In this document: piece after piece, positions 25,807 to 35,812 of the stretch | How the letters are laid out: every line of letters starts with the position of its first letter | Numbering within the stretch: position 1 is the stretch's first letter | Source: Longimicrobiales bacterium | Lineage (GTDB): Bacteria; Gemmatimonadota; Gemmatimonadetes; Longimicrobiales; Gaopeijiaceae | NCBI GenBank assembly: GCA_965202985.1 | Contig: CBDBCF010000001.1 | Span: 2,624,001 to 2,688,000 of the forward strand | Length of the DNA: 64,000 nt | Reading direction: 5' to 3' | Notes under the pieces: generated by a model | The model's database searches: none | What the model saw: only the letters and a program-made list of their open reading frames with translations | Told to the model about the DNA's origin: nothing | Translations under genes and position numbers: made by a program

Positions 25807-28512
25807 ATGAGCGTCGAAACCCGCTTCGCCCGCACCGCCTCCTTTCTCGCGTTCCTCGCGCTCGCTTTCGCGTTCCAGACTCCCGGGGCCGCGGCCCAGC
25901 AAGGCACGATCACCGGGAGGGTCGTGGACGCGGAGACGGGCGTCGCACTGACCGGGGCCGCGATCGAGGTGCTGGGGCAGGACGCCCTGGCCGAGGCGGG
26001 CGAGTCCGGTCGGTTCACCGTGTCCGTCCCGGCCGGCAGCCATTCCCTGGTCGCGACCCTGATCGGCTACGAGACGGCCCGCGTGGACGGCGTCGACGTG
26101 GCCGCCGGGGGCACGGCGGACGTGGAGTTGTCCCTTCGCTCCCAGGCCCTGGTCCTCAATCCGGTGGTCGTAACCGCGTCCCGTCGCCAGGAGAAGGCGC
26201 TGGACGCCCCCGCCTCGGTGTCCGCCGTCTCGGCCGACGAGATCGCCCGCACGATCAAGACGACCCCGGCGGAGCACGTCCGCTCGCTGCCGGGCATCGA
26301 CATGGCCCAGACCGGCCTGACCCAGACCAACATCGTGGCTCGCGGCTTCAACAACGTCTTCTCGGGCGCCCTGCTCACGATCATGGACAACCGCTACGCG
26401 CGCATTCCGTCGTTGCGGTTCAACGCGCACAACATGCTTCCGGCCACGGACTTGGACATCGAGCGGATCGAGGTCTCGCTGGGACCGGGGGCGGCCCTCT
26501 ACGGCCCCAACGCCTCGACGGGGGTCATGCACCTGATCACGTCGTCCCCGATCGACAAGCCCGGGACCACGCTCTCGCTGGCCGGCGGCGAGCGCTCGGT
26601 CTTCCACGGGCAGTTCCGAACGGCCCACGCCCTGTCCAGCGGCTTCGGCTTCAAGCTCTCCGGCCAGTACTTCCGGGGCAACGACTTCGAGTACATCGAC
26701 CCCGTGGAGGAGCGCGACCCGCCGGACCTGGAGCGCGACTTCCTCAACGAGCGCTACTCGGCCGACGCGCGCTTGGACTTTCGGTTCGCAGGCGACGCCG
26801 AGCTGATCGTCAGCGGCGGCATGAACGTGGCGGCCAAGAGCATCGAGCTCACGGGCATCGGCGCCGCGCAAGCCCAGGACTGGGGCTACCAGTACGCACA
26901 GACGCGGTTCAGCAAGGGCCGTTTGTTCGCCCAGGCGTTCCTGAACCAGACCAACGCGGGCGACGCCACGCGCCTGCTCCGCACCGGCGTGCCCGTGGTG
27001 GACAAGTCCCGCGCCCTGGCCGTCCAGTTCCAGTACGGCTTCGACCTGGGCAGCTTCCAGAGCTTCACCTACGGGGTGGACTGGCAGCGGACCGAACCGC
27101 GAACCGGCGGTACGATCACGGGCCGAAACGAGGAGGACGACTTGGTCAGCGAGATCGGCGCCTACGTGCACTCCGAGACCGCGCTGGGCGACAAGGTGGA
27201 CTTGGTGGCGGCGATCCGCGTGGACGACCACAGCCGGTTAGCCGCCGCCGCCATATCTCCGCGAGCCGCGCTGGTGCTGAAGCCCGCGGAAGACCAGACC
27301 TTCCGCCTCACCTTCAACCGGGCCTTCTCGACGCCGACCACGAACAACCTGTTCCTGGACATCTTGGCGGGTGGATTCGAGCTGGGCTTCGGGTTGCCGG
27401 GCTACGGGATCCGCGCCCTGGGCGTGCCGGCCGGCGGCTTCACATGGGACAACCAGTGCCCCGGCGGCTTCATGTCGATGTGCATGTATTCGCCCTTCAT
27501 GCCGGGCCAGCTGCCCGCCAACGCGGCCCTCTTCTGGGACGCCATGATGCAGCGGCTCCCGGAGTTCGACGCCTCCCTAGGGGCGCTCGTTCCCGTGCTC
27601 GTCGGCCCGGGCCAGCTTCCCGGCGACCCGGTGCTGGCCACCGTCTTCCGTCGCCTGAACCAAGCGGCGGCCGAGACCGGCCAGGGCGATCTCTTCCCCC
27701 TGGACGCCACCGGACTCACGAGCATCGCCGAGATGCGGTCCACCATCTACAACACGTTCGAGGCGGGCTACAAGGGCGTGATCGGCGACCGCGTCCTGCT
27801 GGCGGCGGACGTGTACCACGCGCGCGTCAAGGACTTCGTGGGCCCCCTGCGAATCGAGACCCCCAACGTGTTCCTGGACGCGGAGTCGGTGCAGCAGTTC
27901 CTTGCCGCCCGGCTGGGGCGCCTTGTCCAAGCCGGTCAGCTGGACCCGGCCGGCGTTGCCGGGATCATCGCCGCGATCACGCCCATCGTGGCGGCGATCC
28001 CCTTCGGCACCGTGGTTCCCGATCAGGTCGATTCCCCCGACCTCCTGGTCACCTACCGCAACTTCGGAGACGTGAACTACTGGGGCACGGACTTGGCGAT
28101 GCAGGTATTGGCGTCCGACCGGGTGCGGATCAACGGGGCGTATTCGTTCCAGAGCGACGAGTGCTTCGACTTCAACGAGGACGGCCGGTGCACCAGCGCC
28201 GACGACATCGCGCTCAACGCGCCCCGTCACAAGGGTTCGGTCGGGTTCGTCTTCGACGACCAAGCCGCCGGCTGGTCGTTCGACGGGCGGTTCCGCATGA
28301 GCGGCGGCTTCCCCATGAACTCGGGCGTCTACATCGGCGACGTCGAGAGCTACGGAGTCGTGGACTTGGGCGTCGGCTGGCGGCTGCCCTTCCAGCCCAA
28401 CGCCCGCGTGTCCCTGAACGCCAGCAACGTGCTCGACAACAAGCATCGGGAGTTCGTGGGAGCGCCGGAACTGGGCCGGTTGATACTGGCCCGCGTGCGG
28501 TACGATTTCTGA
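25807..28512 (+). CDS. TonB-dependent receptor with N-terminal carboxypeptidase-regulatory-like domain
   Basis: Signal peptide, GTITGRVVD, VVVTASRRQE, plug IERIEVSLGPGAALYG, C-terminal RVRYDF. Confidence 0.93.
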   Translation: MSVETRFARTASFLAFLALAFAFQTPGAAAQQGTITGRVVDAETGVALTGAAIEVLGQDALAEAGESGRFTVSVPAGSHSLVATLIGYETARVDGVDVAAGGTADVELSLRSQALVLNPVVVTASRRQEKALDAPASVSAVSADEIARTIKTTPAEHVRSLPGIDMAQTGLTQTNIVARGFNNVFSGALLTIMDNRYARIPSLRFNAHNMLPATDLDIERIEVSLGPGAALYGPNASTGVMHLITSSPIDKPGTTLSLAGGERSVFHGQFRTAHALSSGFGFKLSGQYFRGNDFEYIDPVEERDPPDLERDFLNERYSADARLDFRFAGDAELIVSGGMNVAAKSIELTGIGAAQAQDWGYQYAQTRFSKGRLFAQAFLNQTNAGDATRLLRTGVPVVDKSRALAVQFQYGFDLGSFQSFTYGVDWQRTEPRTGGTITGRNEEDDLVSEIGAYVHSETALGDKVDLVAAIRVDDHSRLAAAAISPRAALVLKPAEDQTFRLTFNRAFSTPTTNNLFLDILAGGFELGFGLPGYGIRALGVPAGGFTWDNQCPGGFMSMCMYSPFMPGQLPANAALFWDAMMQRLPEFDASLGALVPVLVGPGQLPGDPVLATVFRRLNQAAAETGQGDLFPLDATGLTSIAEMRSTIYNTFEAGYKGVIGDRVLLAADVYHARVKDFVGPLRIETPNVFLDAESVQQFLAARLGRLVQAGQLDPAGVAGIIAAITPIVAAIPFGTVVPDQVDSPDLLVTYRNFGDVNYWGTDLAMQVLASDRVRINGAYSFQSDECFDFNEDGRCTSADDIALNAPRHKGSVGFVFDDQAAGWSFDGRFRMSGGFPMNSGVYIGDVESYGVVDLGVGWRLPFQPNARVSLNASNVLDNKHREFVGAPELGRLILARVRYDF

Positions 28513-28552
28513 CCCCGGACACGTTCGGCCCCGGCCTTCCGCGCCTCCCCGC

Positions 28553-29017
28553 AGAAAGCGCCTTCGCCAAGCCCGCATCCTGGACTTGGTGAAGGAGCAC
28601 CGCATCCCCAGCCAAGAGGCGTTGCGGGAGCGGCTCGCGTCCGAGGGCTTCGCCGTGGCGCAGGCCACGCTGTCGCGGGACATCCGCGACCTGCGGCTGG
28701 TCAAGGCCCCGGCGGGGTCGGGCAGGTCGTTCTACACGCTGCCCGAAGAGTGGGATCACGTGCCGCCGCTGGACTCGATCCTGCCGGCGCTCTTCGTGTC
28801 CGTGGACGTGGTGGGCAACTTGGCGGTGGTGCGGACGCTGAACGGCGCCGCCCAGGCGGTGGCTTCGGGGATCGACTGGGAAGAGCACGAAGGGTTGGCC
28901 GGCACCATCGCCGGCGACGACACCGTGCTCCTCATCTTCCGGTCGCCCGAGGCCGCGACCACCGTGGCCCGCGAGATCGAATCGCTGGCCCGGAACGAAG
29001 AAGCCAAAGCCAAGTAG
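28553..29017 (+). CDS. argR: Arginine repressor (start codon unresolved; first canonical start at 28586)
   Basis: KRLRQARILDLV, SQEAL, VAQATLSRDIRDL, VVRTLNGAAQ, GTIAGDDT; directly upstream of argG. Confidence 0.9.
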   Translation, partial: RKRLRQARILDLVKEHRIPSQEALRERLASEGFAVAQATLSRDIRDLRLVKAPAGSGRSFYTLPEEWDHVPPLDSILPALFVSVDVVGNLAVVRTLNGAAQAVASGIDWEEHEGLAGTIAGDDTVLLIFRSPEAATTVAREIESLARNEEAKAK

Positions 29018-29126
29018 CCGGCCCGCGCCATCCAGAATCGGGCCTTCTCGCGCCGACTCGCCTTGTCCGTGCGGACCTCCCGCGCCCTGTTCGCGCCGAC
29101 CCCGCATCTCCCGTCCCGACCCCCGT

Positions 29127-29156
29127 CTTGCATATTATTTCAGAATGCGCGATAGT
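29127..29156 (+). promoter_or_regulatory. ARG box overlapping the argGH promoter
   Basis: TGCATATTATTTCA (29129-29142) is one mismatch from TGMATWWWWATTCA; TTGCAT-17 nt-GATAGT as -35/-10; AT-rich spot in GC-rich DNA. Confidence 0.7.
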
Positions 29157-29296
29157 ACTTCCATAGACGGGTTCGGAGTCCAGGGAAGCGCAACACCGTA
29201 CGGGACCTTGGCGGGAGACGTACGGACCCTGGGCTCCGGCCCGCGAGCACGGGCGAAGGGCCCGAAACCGGCAAGGAACCGAAGCGAGGGAACGAC

Positions 29297-30616
29297 ATGA
29301 AGGTGGTGTTGGGATACTCCGGAGGACTCGACACCTCGGTGATCGTGCCGTGGCTGGCGGAGAACTACGGCGCGGAGGTGATCTGCATGGCGGCCGACGT
29401 CGGCCAGCCCGGCGGGGTCGAGCATTTGGGCACGAAGGCGTTCGCCACCGGCGCGGCGGCGTTCTTCGGCGAAGACCTACGGCGGGAGTTCGTCTCCGAC
29501 TACGTCCTGCCGGTAGTGCGGGCGGGCGCGGTCTACAGCCGCAAGTACTTGCTGGGCACGGCCATGGGACGGCCTCTGATCGCGCGCCGCATGGTGGAGA
29601 TCGCGCGCCGGACGGGGGCGAACGCGCTGGCCCACGGATGCACGGGGAAGGGGAACGACCAGCTTCGGTTCGAGTTGTCGTTCGCGGCCCTGGCCCCCGA
29701 ACTGGACGTGATCGCTCCCTGGCGCGAGTGGGAGATCGCCTCGCGCGAGGACGCGCTGGCCTATGCCCGCGCCCGCGGCATCGCGCTGGACGTGGACGAG
29801 GACAAGCTCTACTCCCGGGACGAGAACCTGTGGCACACCAGCCACGAGGGAGGACCGCTGGAGGACCCGTCCAATGTTCCCGGGCGGGACGTGTTCACGC
29901 GCACCCGCGACCCCCTGGAGGCGCCCGACGAACCCCTGGAGCTGGAGCTGGGCTTCGAAGCGGGCGTGCCCGTGTCTGCCGACGGGCGGCGCCTGTCGCC
30001 TTTGGAGCTGCTGCGTTCGCTCAACCGCTTGGCTGCTCGGCACGGCGTCGGTCGGGCCGACGTGATCGAGGACCGCGTGGTGGGCATCAAGTCCCGCGGC
30101 GTCTACGAGACTCCCGGCGGCACGGTGCTGCTCGCGGCTCTTCAGGAGCTGGAGCAGATGGTCCTTTCGCGGCGCGCGCTGGCCATGAAGGACGAGCTGG
30201 CGTCCCGCTACGCGGACTTGGTCTACGAAGGTCGTTGGTGGACGCCGGAGCGCAGGGCGCTGGACGCTTTGGTGGACTCGTTGATGGAGACCGTCACGGG
30301 CACGGTTCGCGTGCGGCTCTACAAGGGAGGCGTGCATGTTCTGTCGCGTACGAGCCCCATGTCCCTGTACGACCTGGGGCTGGCCTCGTTCGGGGCGTCG
30401 CAGGGGTACGCCCACTCGGACTCTTCCGGGTTCGTGAAGATCTTCGGCTTGCCGCTGCGGGCCGTGGCGCGCCAGGAGAGGGCCCGTCCGCGCGAGGGGC
30501 GCGGCGACGGGACTCGCGGGCGGGAGGCGCGACCACCGGGGGACCGCTCGCAGGAGTTTCCCGGGCAGGACGACCGAGTGGAGGGGGCGGCGGCGGTGCC
30601 TGCACGCAAGACCTGA
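29297..30616 (+). CDS. argG: Argininosuccinate synthase
   Basis: KVVLGYSGGLDTS, AHGCTGKGNDQLRFE, YSRDENLWH, KSRGVYETPG. Confidence 0.96.
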   Translation: MKVVLGYSGGLDTSVIVPWLAENYGAEVICMAADVGQPGGVEHLGTKAFATGAAAFFGEDLRREFVSDYVLPVVRAGAVYSRKYLLGTAMGRPLIARRMVEIARRTGANALAHGCTGKGNDQLRFELSFAALAPELDVIAPWREWEIASREDALAYARARGIALDVDEDKLYSRDENLWHTSHEGGPLEDPSNVPGRDVFTRTRDPLEAPDEPLELELGFEAGVPVSADGRRLSPLELLRSLNRLAARHGVGRADVIEDRVVGIKSRGVYETPGGTVLLAALQELEQMVLSRRALAMKDELASRYADLVYEGRWWTPERRALDALVDSLMETVTGTVRVRLYKGGVHVLSRTSPMSLYDLGLASFGASQGYAHSDSSGFVKIFGLPLRAVARQERARPREGRGDGTRGREARPPGDRSQEFPGQDDRVEGAAAVPARKT

Positions 30617-32010
30617 CCCCGCTCTGGGGCGGACGCTTCGCCGACGGGGGCGGGCTGGCGCCGGAGATGGAGGCCCTCAATCGATCGCTGGACGTGGATT
30701 GGCGGCTGTGGCCCCACGACGTGCGGGGCAGCCGGGCCTGGGCGCGGGGGTTGGAGCGCGCGGGCGTCCTGTTGCCCCAAGAGGCGGCCGAGATCGACCA
30801 GGGGTTGACTGCCGTCGCGGCGCGGCTGAAGGCGCTCGGCGGCCCGGACGGCCTTCCCGACGAGGATGTCCACACGTTGATCGAGCGGTTGCTGACCGAG
30901 ATCGCCGGTCCGGTCGGGGGAAAGCTGCACACCGGCCGTTCCAGGAACGACCAGGTGGCCACCGCCTTCCGGCTTTGGGGCATGGAGGCGGTTCGCGAGC
31001 TGAAGGCGCAGACGGGCGCCCTGGCGCAGGCGCTGTTGCACCGGGCCGAGGCTGCGCGGGCTATCGTCATGCCGGCGTACACGCACCTGCAGCAGGCCCA
31101 GCCGGTTCCCGCCGCCCACTGGCTGCTGTCGCGGGCGTGGCCGCTGGTTCGCGACCTGGAGCGGCTGCGAGTCGTGGCCGGCGAGTGCGCCGTGATGCCG
31201 CTGGGGTCGGGTGCCGTGGCGGGGTGTCCGTTCGAGGTGGACCGGGAGCGGCTGGCCGACGAACTGGGCTTCCCGCGCCTGTCGGAGAACTCCATCGACG
31301 CGGTGTCGGACCGGGACTGGGTTGCGGGGCTCCTGTTCGCATGCGCCATGACCGGCGTGCACGTGTCCCAGCTGGCGGAGGACTTGGTGATCTTCTCCAG
31401 CGCCGAGTTCGGCTTCGCGCGGATCGGAAGCGGGTTCGCCACGGGGTCGTCCCTGATGCCGCAGAAGCGGAATCCCGACGCGGCCGAGCTGGCGCGGGGC
31501 AAGTCGGGCCGCCTGATCGGGAACTTGGCGGCGATGCTGGCCGTGCTGAAGGGGATGCCGACCGGCTACAACCGCGACCTGCAAGAGGACAAGGAGGCGG
31601 CGTTCGACTCGGTGGACACGCTGGGCGTGGTTCTGCCGGCCATGACGGGCGCCGTGGCGAGCCTGTCGCTGGACCGCGAGCGGGCTGCCCGGCAACTGGG
31701 CGCCGGAGTGTGCGCCACCGACTTGGCCGAGCACTTGGTGCGCCGCGGCGTTCCTTTCCGGGAGAGCCACCATGCCGTGGGCGCCCTGGTCCGGGCGGCG
31801 GAGGAGTCGGGCCGGGCGCTGGACGAGCTCGCGCTGGACGAGATGCGGGCCGTGCACCCGGCCTTCGGCGACGATGCGCGCGACGTCTTCGACCCGGCGG
31901 CTTCGGTGGAGTCCCGCGCCGTGCGCGGCGCCACGGCCACGGCCGCCGTGAAAGCCCAGCTGAAAGCGCTGTCCGCCGCGCTCGACGAGCCGTCCTCGCC
32001 GTCCGCATAA
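30613..32010 (+). CDS. argH: Argininosuccinate lyase (probable CTG start)
   Basis: LWGGRF, EDVH, KLHTGRSRNDQVAT, MPAYTHLQQAQP, TGSSLMPQKRNPD, YNRDLQEDK. Confidence 0.95.
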   Translation: MTPLWGGRFADGGGLAPEMEALNRSLDVDWRLWPHDVRGSRAWARGLERAGVLLPQEAAEIDQGLTAVAARLKALGGPDGLPDEDVHTLIERLLTEIAGPVGGKLHTGRSRNDQVATAFRLWGMEAVRELKAQTGALAQALLHRAEAARAIVMPAYTHLQQAQPVPAAHWLLSRAWPLVRDLERLRVVAGECAVMPLGSGAVAGCPFEVDRERLADELGFPRLSENSIDAVSDRDWVAGLLFACAMTGVHVSQLAEDLVIFSSAEFGFARIGSGFATGSSLMPQKRNPDAAELARGKSGRLIGNLAAMLAVLKGMPTGYNRDLQEDKEAAFDSVDTLGVVLPAMTGAVASLSLDRERAARQLGAGVCATDLAEHLVRRGVPFRESHHAVGALVRAAEESGRALDELALDEMRAVHPAFGDDARDVFDPAASVESRAVRGATATAAVKAQLKALSAALDEPSSPSA

Positions 32011-32027
32011 AGCCCCTCAGTCGTCCG

Positions 32028-33047
32028 TTACAGCGTGCGGCCGGCGGCTTTGGCGAAGGCTTCCAGGGCGCCCATGAGCGCGTCGAACTCGTCGAAGGTC
32101 AGCGACTGATCCCCGTCCGACAAGGCGGTCTCCGGGTCGGGGTGCACCTCGACGATCAAGCCGTCGGCCCCGGCGGCCACCGCGGCGAAGCTCAACGGGG
32201 CCACCAAGTCGCGCCGCCCGCCGGCGTGGGACGGGTCCGCGACCACGGGCAGGTGCGTTTCCGTCTTCAACCAGGGGATGGCGGCCAAGTCGAAGGTGTT
32301 GCGCGTCTCCGTGCCGAAGGTGCGGATTCCGCGCTCGCACAGCACGACCTGCATGTTGCCCCGGCTCATGACGTACTCCGCCGCCAGCAGCAGGTCCTTG
32401 AGCGACGAAGCCATGCCGCGCTTCAGCAGGACCGGCCGCTGCAGCTGTCCCACCTCTCGGAGGAGCGCGAAGTTCTGCATGTTGCGCGTCCCGATTTGCA
32501 GCATGTCCGCGTACCCGGCCACCAGCTCGGCGTGGCGCGGGTCCAGCACCTCCGTGACCACGGGCAGGCCCGTCTTGCGCCGCACCTGGGACAGAATGCG
32601 CAACCCGTCTTCCTTGAGTCCGTCGAAGGAGTAGGGCGACGTGCGCGGCTTGAACGCGCCCCCGCGGAGAAGCGCGGCCCCGGAATCGGCCACCGCGCGG
32701 CCCGTCTCTTCCATCATCCCTTCGCTCTCGACCGAACACGGCCCGGCGGCCACCAGGCACGCCTTGCCGCCGAAGGCGTGATCCCCCACCTGCACGCGAG
32801 TCGTCGTCCGGTCCGCCGCGAAGTCGCGCGCCGCCAGCTTGTACGGGCGCATGACGGGATGCACCGAGCGCACGCCGGGGATCGACAGCAGCGGCACCTG
32901 GGCTAGGCGCGCCTCGTCGCCGATGCACCCGATGATGGTGCGGGTCTCGCCCCTGGACACGTGCGTGCGAAGCCCAGCCGCCTCGACCCTCTCGCGGATG
33001 TGGTCGATCTGGTCGGCGGTCACGCCTTTTCTGGCTACGATGATCAC
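32028..33047 (-). CDS. aroF: DAHP synthase, type I-beta with N-terminal regulatory domain
   Basis: [65 protein letters not shown]. Confidence 0.95.
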   Translation of the reverse strand: MIIVARKGVTADQIDHIRERVEAAGLRTHVSRGETRTIIGCIGDEARLAQVPLLSIPGVRSVHPVMRPYKLAARDFAADRTTTRVQVGDHAFGGKACLVAAGPCSVESEGMMEETGRAVADSGAALLRGGAFKPRTSPYSFDGLKEDGLRILSQVRRKTGLPVVTEVLDPRHAELVAGYADMLQIGTRNMQNFALLREVGQLQRPVLLKRGMASSLKDLLLAAEYVMSRGNMQVVLCERGIRTFGTETRNTFDLAAIPWLKTETHLPVVADPSHAGGRRDLVAPLSFAAVAAGADGLIVEVHPDPETALSDGDQSLTFDEFDALMGALEAFAKAAGRTL

Positions 33048-33167
33048 GATAGGAAGATGGCGGATTCGCGGCGGCAGTAAAGCGCTCGGGCTCGGGGGGC
33101 CGCCGGCGGTCGCGCACCGCGGGTCCCGATTCGCGGGGACGGTCCGTCGGGCCTAGATTTCCCAATC

Positions 33168-33863
33168 GTGGAGCACCTCAAGAAGCTGGCGGGCCGGAAG
33201 GCGGCGGAGATGGTCCGCGACGGGATGCGCGTGGGGCTGGGGACCGGGTCCACCGTGGCGCCCTTCCTGGAGGCGCTGGGGCGACGACTCGCGGACGGGG
33301 AGCTGCAGGGCGTGGTGGGCGTGGCGACCTCGATTCGGACGGAGCGGGCCGCGGCGGCGCTGCGCATTCCGCTGGTCGGACTGGAAGACGTGGACTCGCT
33401 GGACTTGGCCGTGGACGGCGCCGACGAGATCGACCCGCGCCTGGACTTGATCAAGGGACTGGGGGGCGCCTTGCTGCGGGAGAAGATGGTGGCCCAGGCG
33501 TCGCGGCGGTTCGTGGTGGTGGCCGACGAGAGCAAGTGCGTGACGCGGCTGGGCGAACGCGCCCCCGTGCCCGTCGAGGTCGTGCGCTTCGGGTTCCGGG
33601 CACAGCTGGGCTGGCTGCGCGACTTGGGCGCCGATCCCGTTGTGCGGACGGAGGCCGACGGAGCGCCCTGCCGCACCGACAACGGGAACGTGATCGTGGA
33701 CTGCCGCTTCGCCGAGGGGGTCGAGAACGCCGCCGAGCTGGAGCGGCGGCTGGCGGGGCGGGCGGGCGTGGTGGAATCGGGGCTGTTCCTGGGGATGGCG
33801 GCGGAGGCGGTCGTGGCCGGACGGGAAGGTGTGCGGCGTTTGGTGCGGGAGGGCGCCCGGTGA
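33168..33863 (+). CDS. rpiA: Ribose-5-phosphate isomerase A
   Basis: VGLGTGST, DGADE, IKGLGGALLREK, TDNGN, GVVESGLF. Confidence 0.95.
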   Translation: MEHLKKLAGRKAAEMVRDGMRVGLGTGSTVAPFLEALGRRLADGELQGVVGVATSIRTERAAAALRIPLVGLEDVDSLDLAVDGADEIDPRLDLIKGLGGALLREKMVAQASRRFVVVADESKCVTRLGERAPVPVEVVRFGFRAQLGWLRDLGADPVVRTEADGAPCRTDNGNVIVDCRFAEGVENAAELERRLAGRAGVVESGLFLGMAAEAVVAGREGVRRLVREGAR

Positions 33864-34630
33864 GCACGGCGAGAACGACGGACACGGCGCAGGTGCCGGA
33901 CGCGGCAAGCCATGCGGGCATCAAGCTCGCGCCGTCGATTCTGAGCTGTCGCTTCGGCCGGCTGGCACGCGAGGTGCAGGCCGTGGACCAAGCCGGGGCC
34001 GACTGGATCCACGTGGACGTGATGGACGGGCGGTTCGTGCCCAACATCACGATCGGACCCGTCGTGACCCGGGCCGTGCGCGAGGCCACCCGCCGGGTCG
34101 TGGACGTGCACCTCATGATCGAGGACCCCGACCGGTACGTGTCCGCCTTCGCCGAAGCCGGCGCCGACTTCATCTCGGTGCACGCCGAGGCGTCGCGCCA
34201 CCTTCACCGCACGCTGTCGCTGATCCGCAACCTGGACGCGCGCGCCGGCGTCGCGCTGAACCCGTCCACGCCGCTGTTGGCCGTGGAGGAAGTGCTGGAC
34301 TTGGTGGACTTGCTGGTGATCATGTCCGTCAACCCCGGCTTCGGCGGCCAAGCGTTCATCCCCGGTTCCATGGACAAGGTTGCCCGGGCCCGCGACATGC
34401 TGGCGGGCCGGCAGACCGAGTTGCAAGTGGACGGCGGCGTCGACGCCGAGACGGCCCCGGCCCTGGCGCAGGCGGGTGCGACGGTGCTGGTGGCTGGCTC
34501 CGCCGTATTTCGGCACCCCAAAGGACCGGCGGCAGGCGTGCGCGCCCTGCGCAAGGCGGCGTCGGGCGGTCCTGCACGCTCCGCCCCGACCCAATCCAAC
34601 CCATCGCAGCAACGCCAGGAGGTTCCGTGA
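33860..34630 (+). CDS. rpe: Ribulose-phosphate 3-epimerase
   Basis: APSILS, HVDVMDGRFVPNITIG, DVHLMI, MSVNPGFGGQ, VDGG, VAGSA; GTGA overlap with rpiA. Confidence 0.95.
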   Translation: MSTARTTDTAQVPDAASHAGIKLAPSILSCRFGRLAREVQAVDQAGADWIHVDVMDGRFVPNITIGPVVTRAVREATRRVVDVHLMIEDPDRYVSAFAEAGADFISVHAEASRHLHRTLSLIRNLDARAGVALNPSTPLLAVEEVLDLVDLLVIMSVNPGFGGQAFIPGSMDKVARARDMLAGRQTELQVDGGVDAETAPALAQAGATVLVAGSAVFRHPKGPAAGVRALRKAASGGPARSAPTQSNPSQQRQEVP

Positions 34631-35685
34631 AGCCAGCGTCTCCCCAGCCTCGTCGGGGCCGTTCCGTCAAGCTCAAAGCCGCGTCCGGCATCTTGCTCGC
34701 TGTCACTGCGGCCGCCTGCTCCGAGATCGTTCCCCCGCCCGGCGCTTGCAGCGTGACGGGCCGCCCATTGAAGACGGGCTTCTACGCGTACTTCGAGCCC
34801 GTCAGCTACTCGGCGGACGCCGACCCGAAGGCGAGCGACTTCAACGTCCACTTGGGCTACGAGGCCGACCTGCTCACGGCGCTGGAAACCATGGACGGCG
34901 CACGACTGTCGTTCTCGCGGCGCGCAATCCCCGACTGGCCGGGGATTTGGCTGCTGTCGGCCCGTGCCGACTACGACATCGTGGGAGGCGGGATCACGAT
35001 CCTGGAAACGCGGACCCGGGACGATCAGGGCCGCAAGGCCGTGTCCTTCACGCGGGGCCACATCGCGTTCCGCCAGTCGTTGCTGGTCCGTGCGGCCGAC
35101 GCCGACCGGCTGGACAGCTACGCCGCCCTTCGCGACGACGCGCGCGTGGGCGTCCTGGCGGGCACCACCGGCGAGGCCCGCCTGCTCCAGCTCGTGGGGC
35201 TGACGGGCGCCGACGGGGTCCTGGCGGCGGGCACGCGGATCGAGACGCCGTCCGGCACGGTCGAAGCCGACGGCACCACGGCGTTCGTCGTGACCGCGTC
35301 GATGGCGTCGGCGGTCTTGGACGGCAGGACGCTCGTGCACCCGCCGTCGGCCAGCATGCCGCAGGTCGTCTACCTGGGGTACGAACGAGGCGAAGCGGAG
35401 CTGCTGGAGGGCCTGCGGGACGGCGTGGTCGACGCCGTGGCGCGGGGAGAGATCGGCAACGCCGACGCGGCCAGCCAGTCGGACGGGACCTTCGTCGTCG
35501 CGGTCCTGGACTCCGAAGCCGAGTACGGCGGCTTCACCGTGAACGCCGAAGACGGCACGCTGCTGGCCTGCCTGAACGAGAAGATCGACTGGCTCACCGA
35601 CGACCGAGCGATCGGATACGCCCAGTGGCGGGCCGACCCGTCCGTCTTCCTGGACCGCGCGAAGACTTGGCGGCCTCGGGGCTGA
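34627..35685 (+). CDS. Substrate-binding-domain (family 3-like) lipoprotein
   Basis: Lipobox AAAC, FEPVSY, GYEADLL, DIVGGGITI..TR, VGVLAGTTGE, L..G.VDA. Confidence 0.7.
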   Translation: MKPASPQPRRGRSVKLKAASGILLAVTAAACSEIVPPPGACSVTGRPLKTGFYAYFEPVSYSADADPKASDFNVHLGYEADLLTALETMDGARLSFSRRAIPDWPGIWLLSARADYDIVGGGITILETRTRDDQGRKAVSFTRGHIAFRQSLLVRAADADRLDSYAALRDDARVGVLAGTTGEARLLQLVGLTGADGVLAAGTRIETPSGTVEADGTTAFVVTASMASAVLDGRTLVHPPSASMPQVVYLGYERGEAELLEGLRDGVVDAVARGEIGNADAASQSDGTFVVAVLDSEAEYGGFTVNAEDGTLLACLNEKIDWLTDDRAIGYAQWRADPSVFLDRAKTWRPRG

Positions 35686-35812
35686 CGGAATCGGGCGCGC
35701 GGGGCCCGACGGAGGCGCTGGCACTGGTCCGGGGGCCATGGCCAGTACTGGACCAAGCACCGATGTCGGAGCCGAGTCCAGTCAAATCACGAAGGCCAGC
35801 CCTGTCTCCCTA

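Noticed and set aside
24621..28592. 1323-aa ORF over the TonB receptor
   Set aside because: Low-complexity shadow frame with no motifs
29350..30612. 886-aa ORF as an ArgG-ArgH fusion
   Set aside because: The upstream part is off-frame to argG; argG has its own stop at 30614-30616
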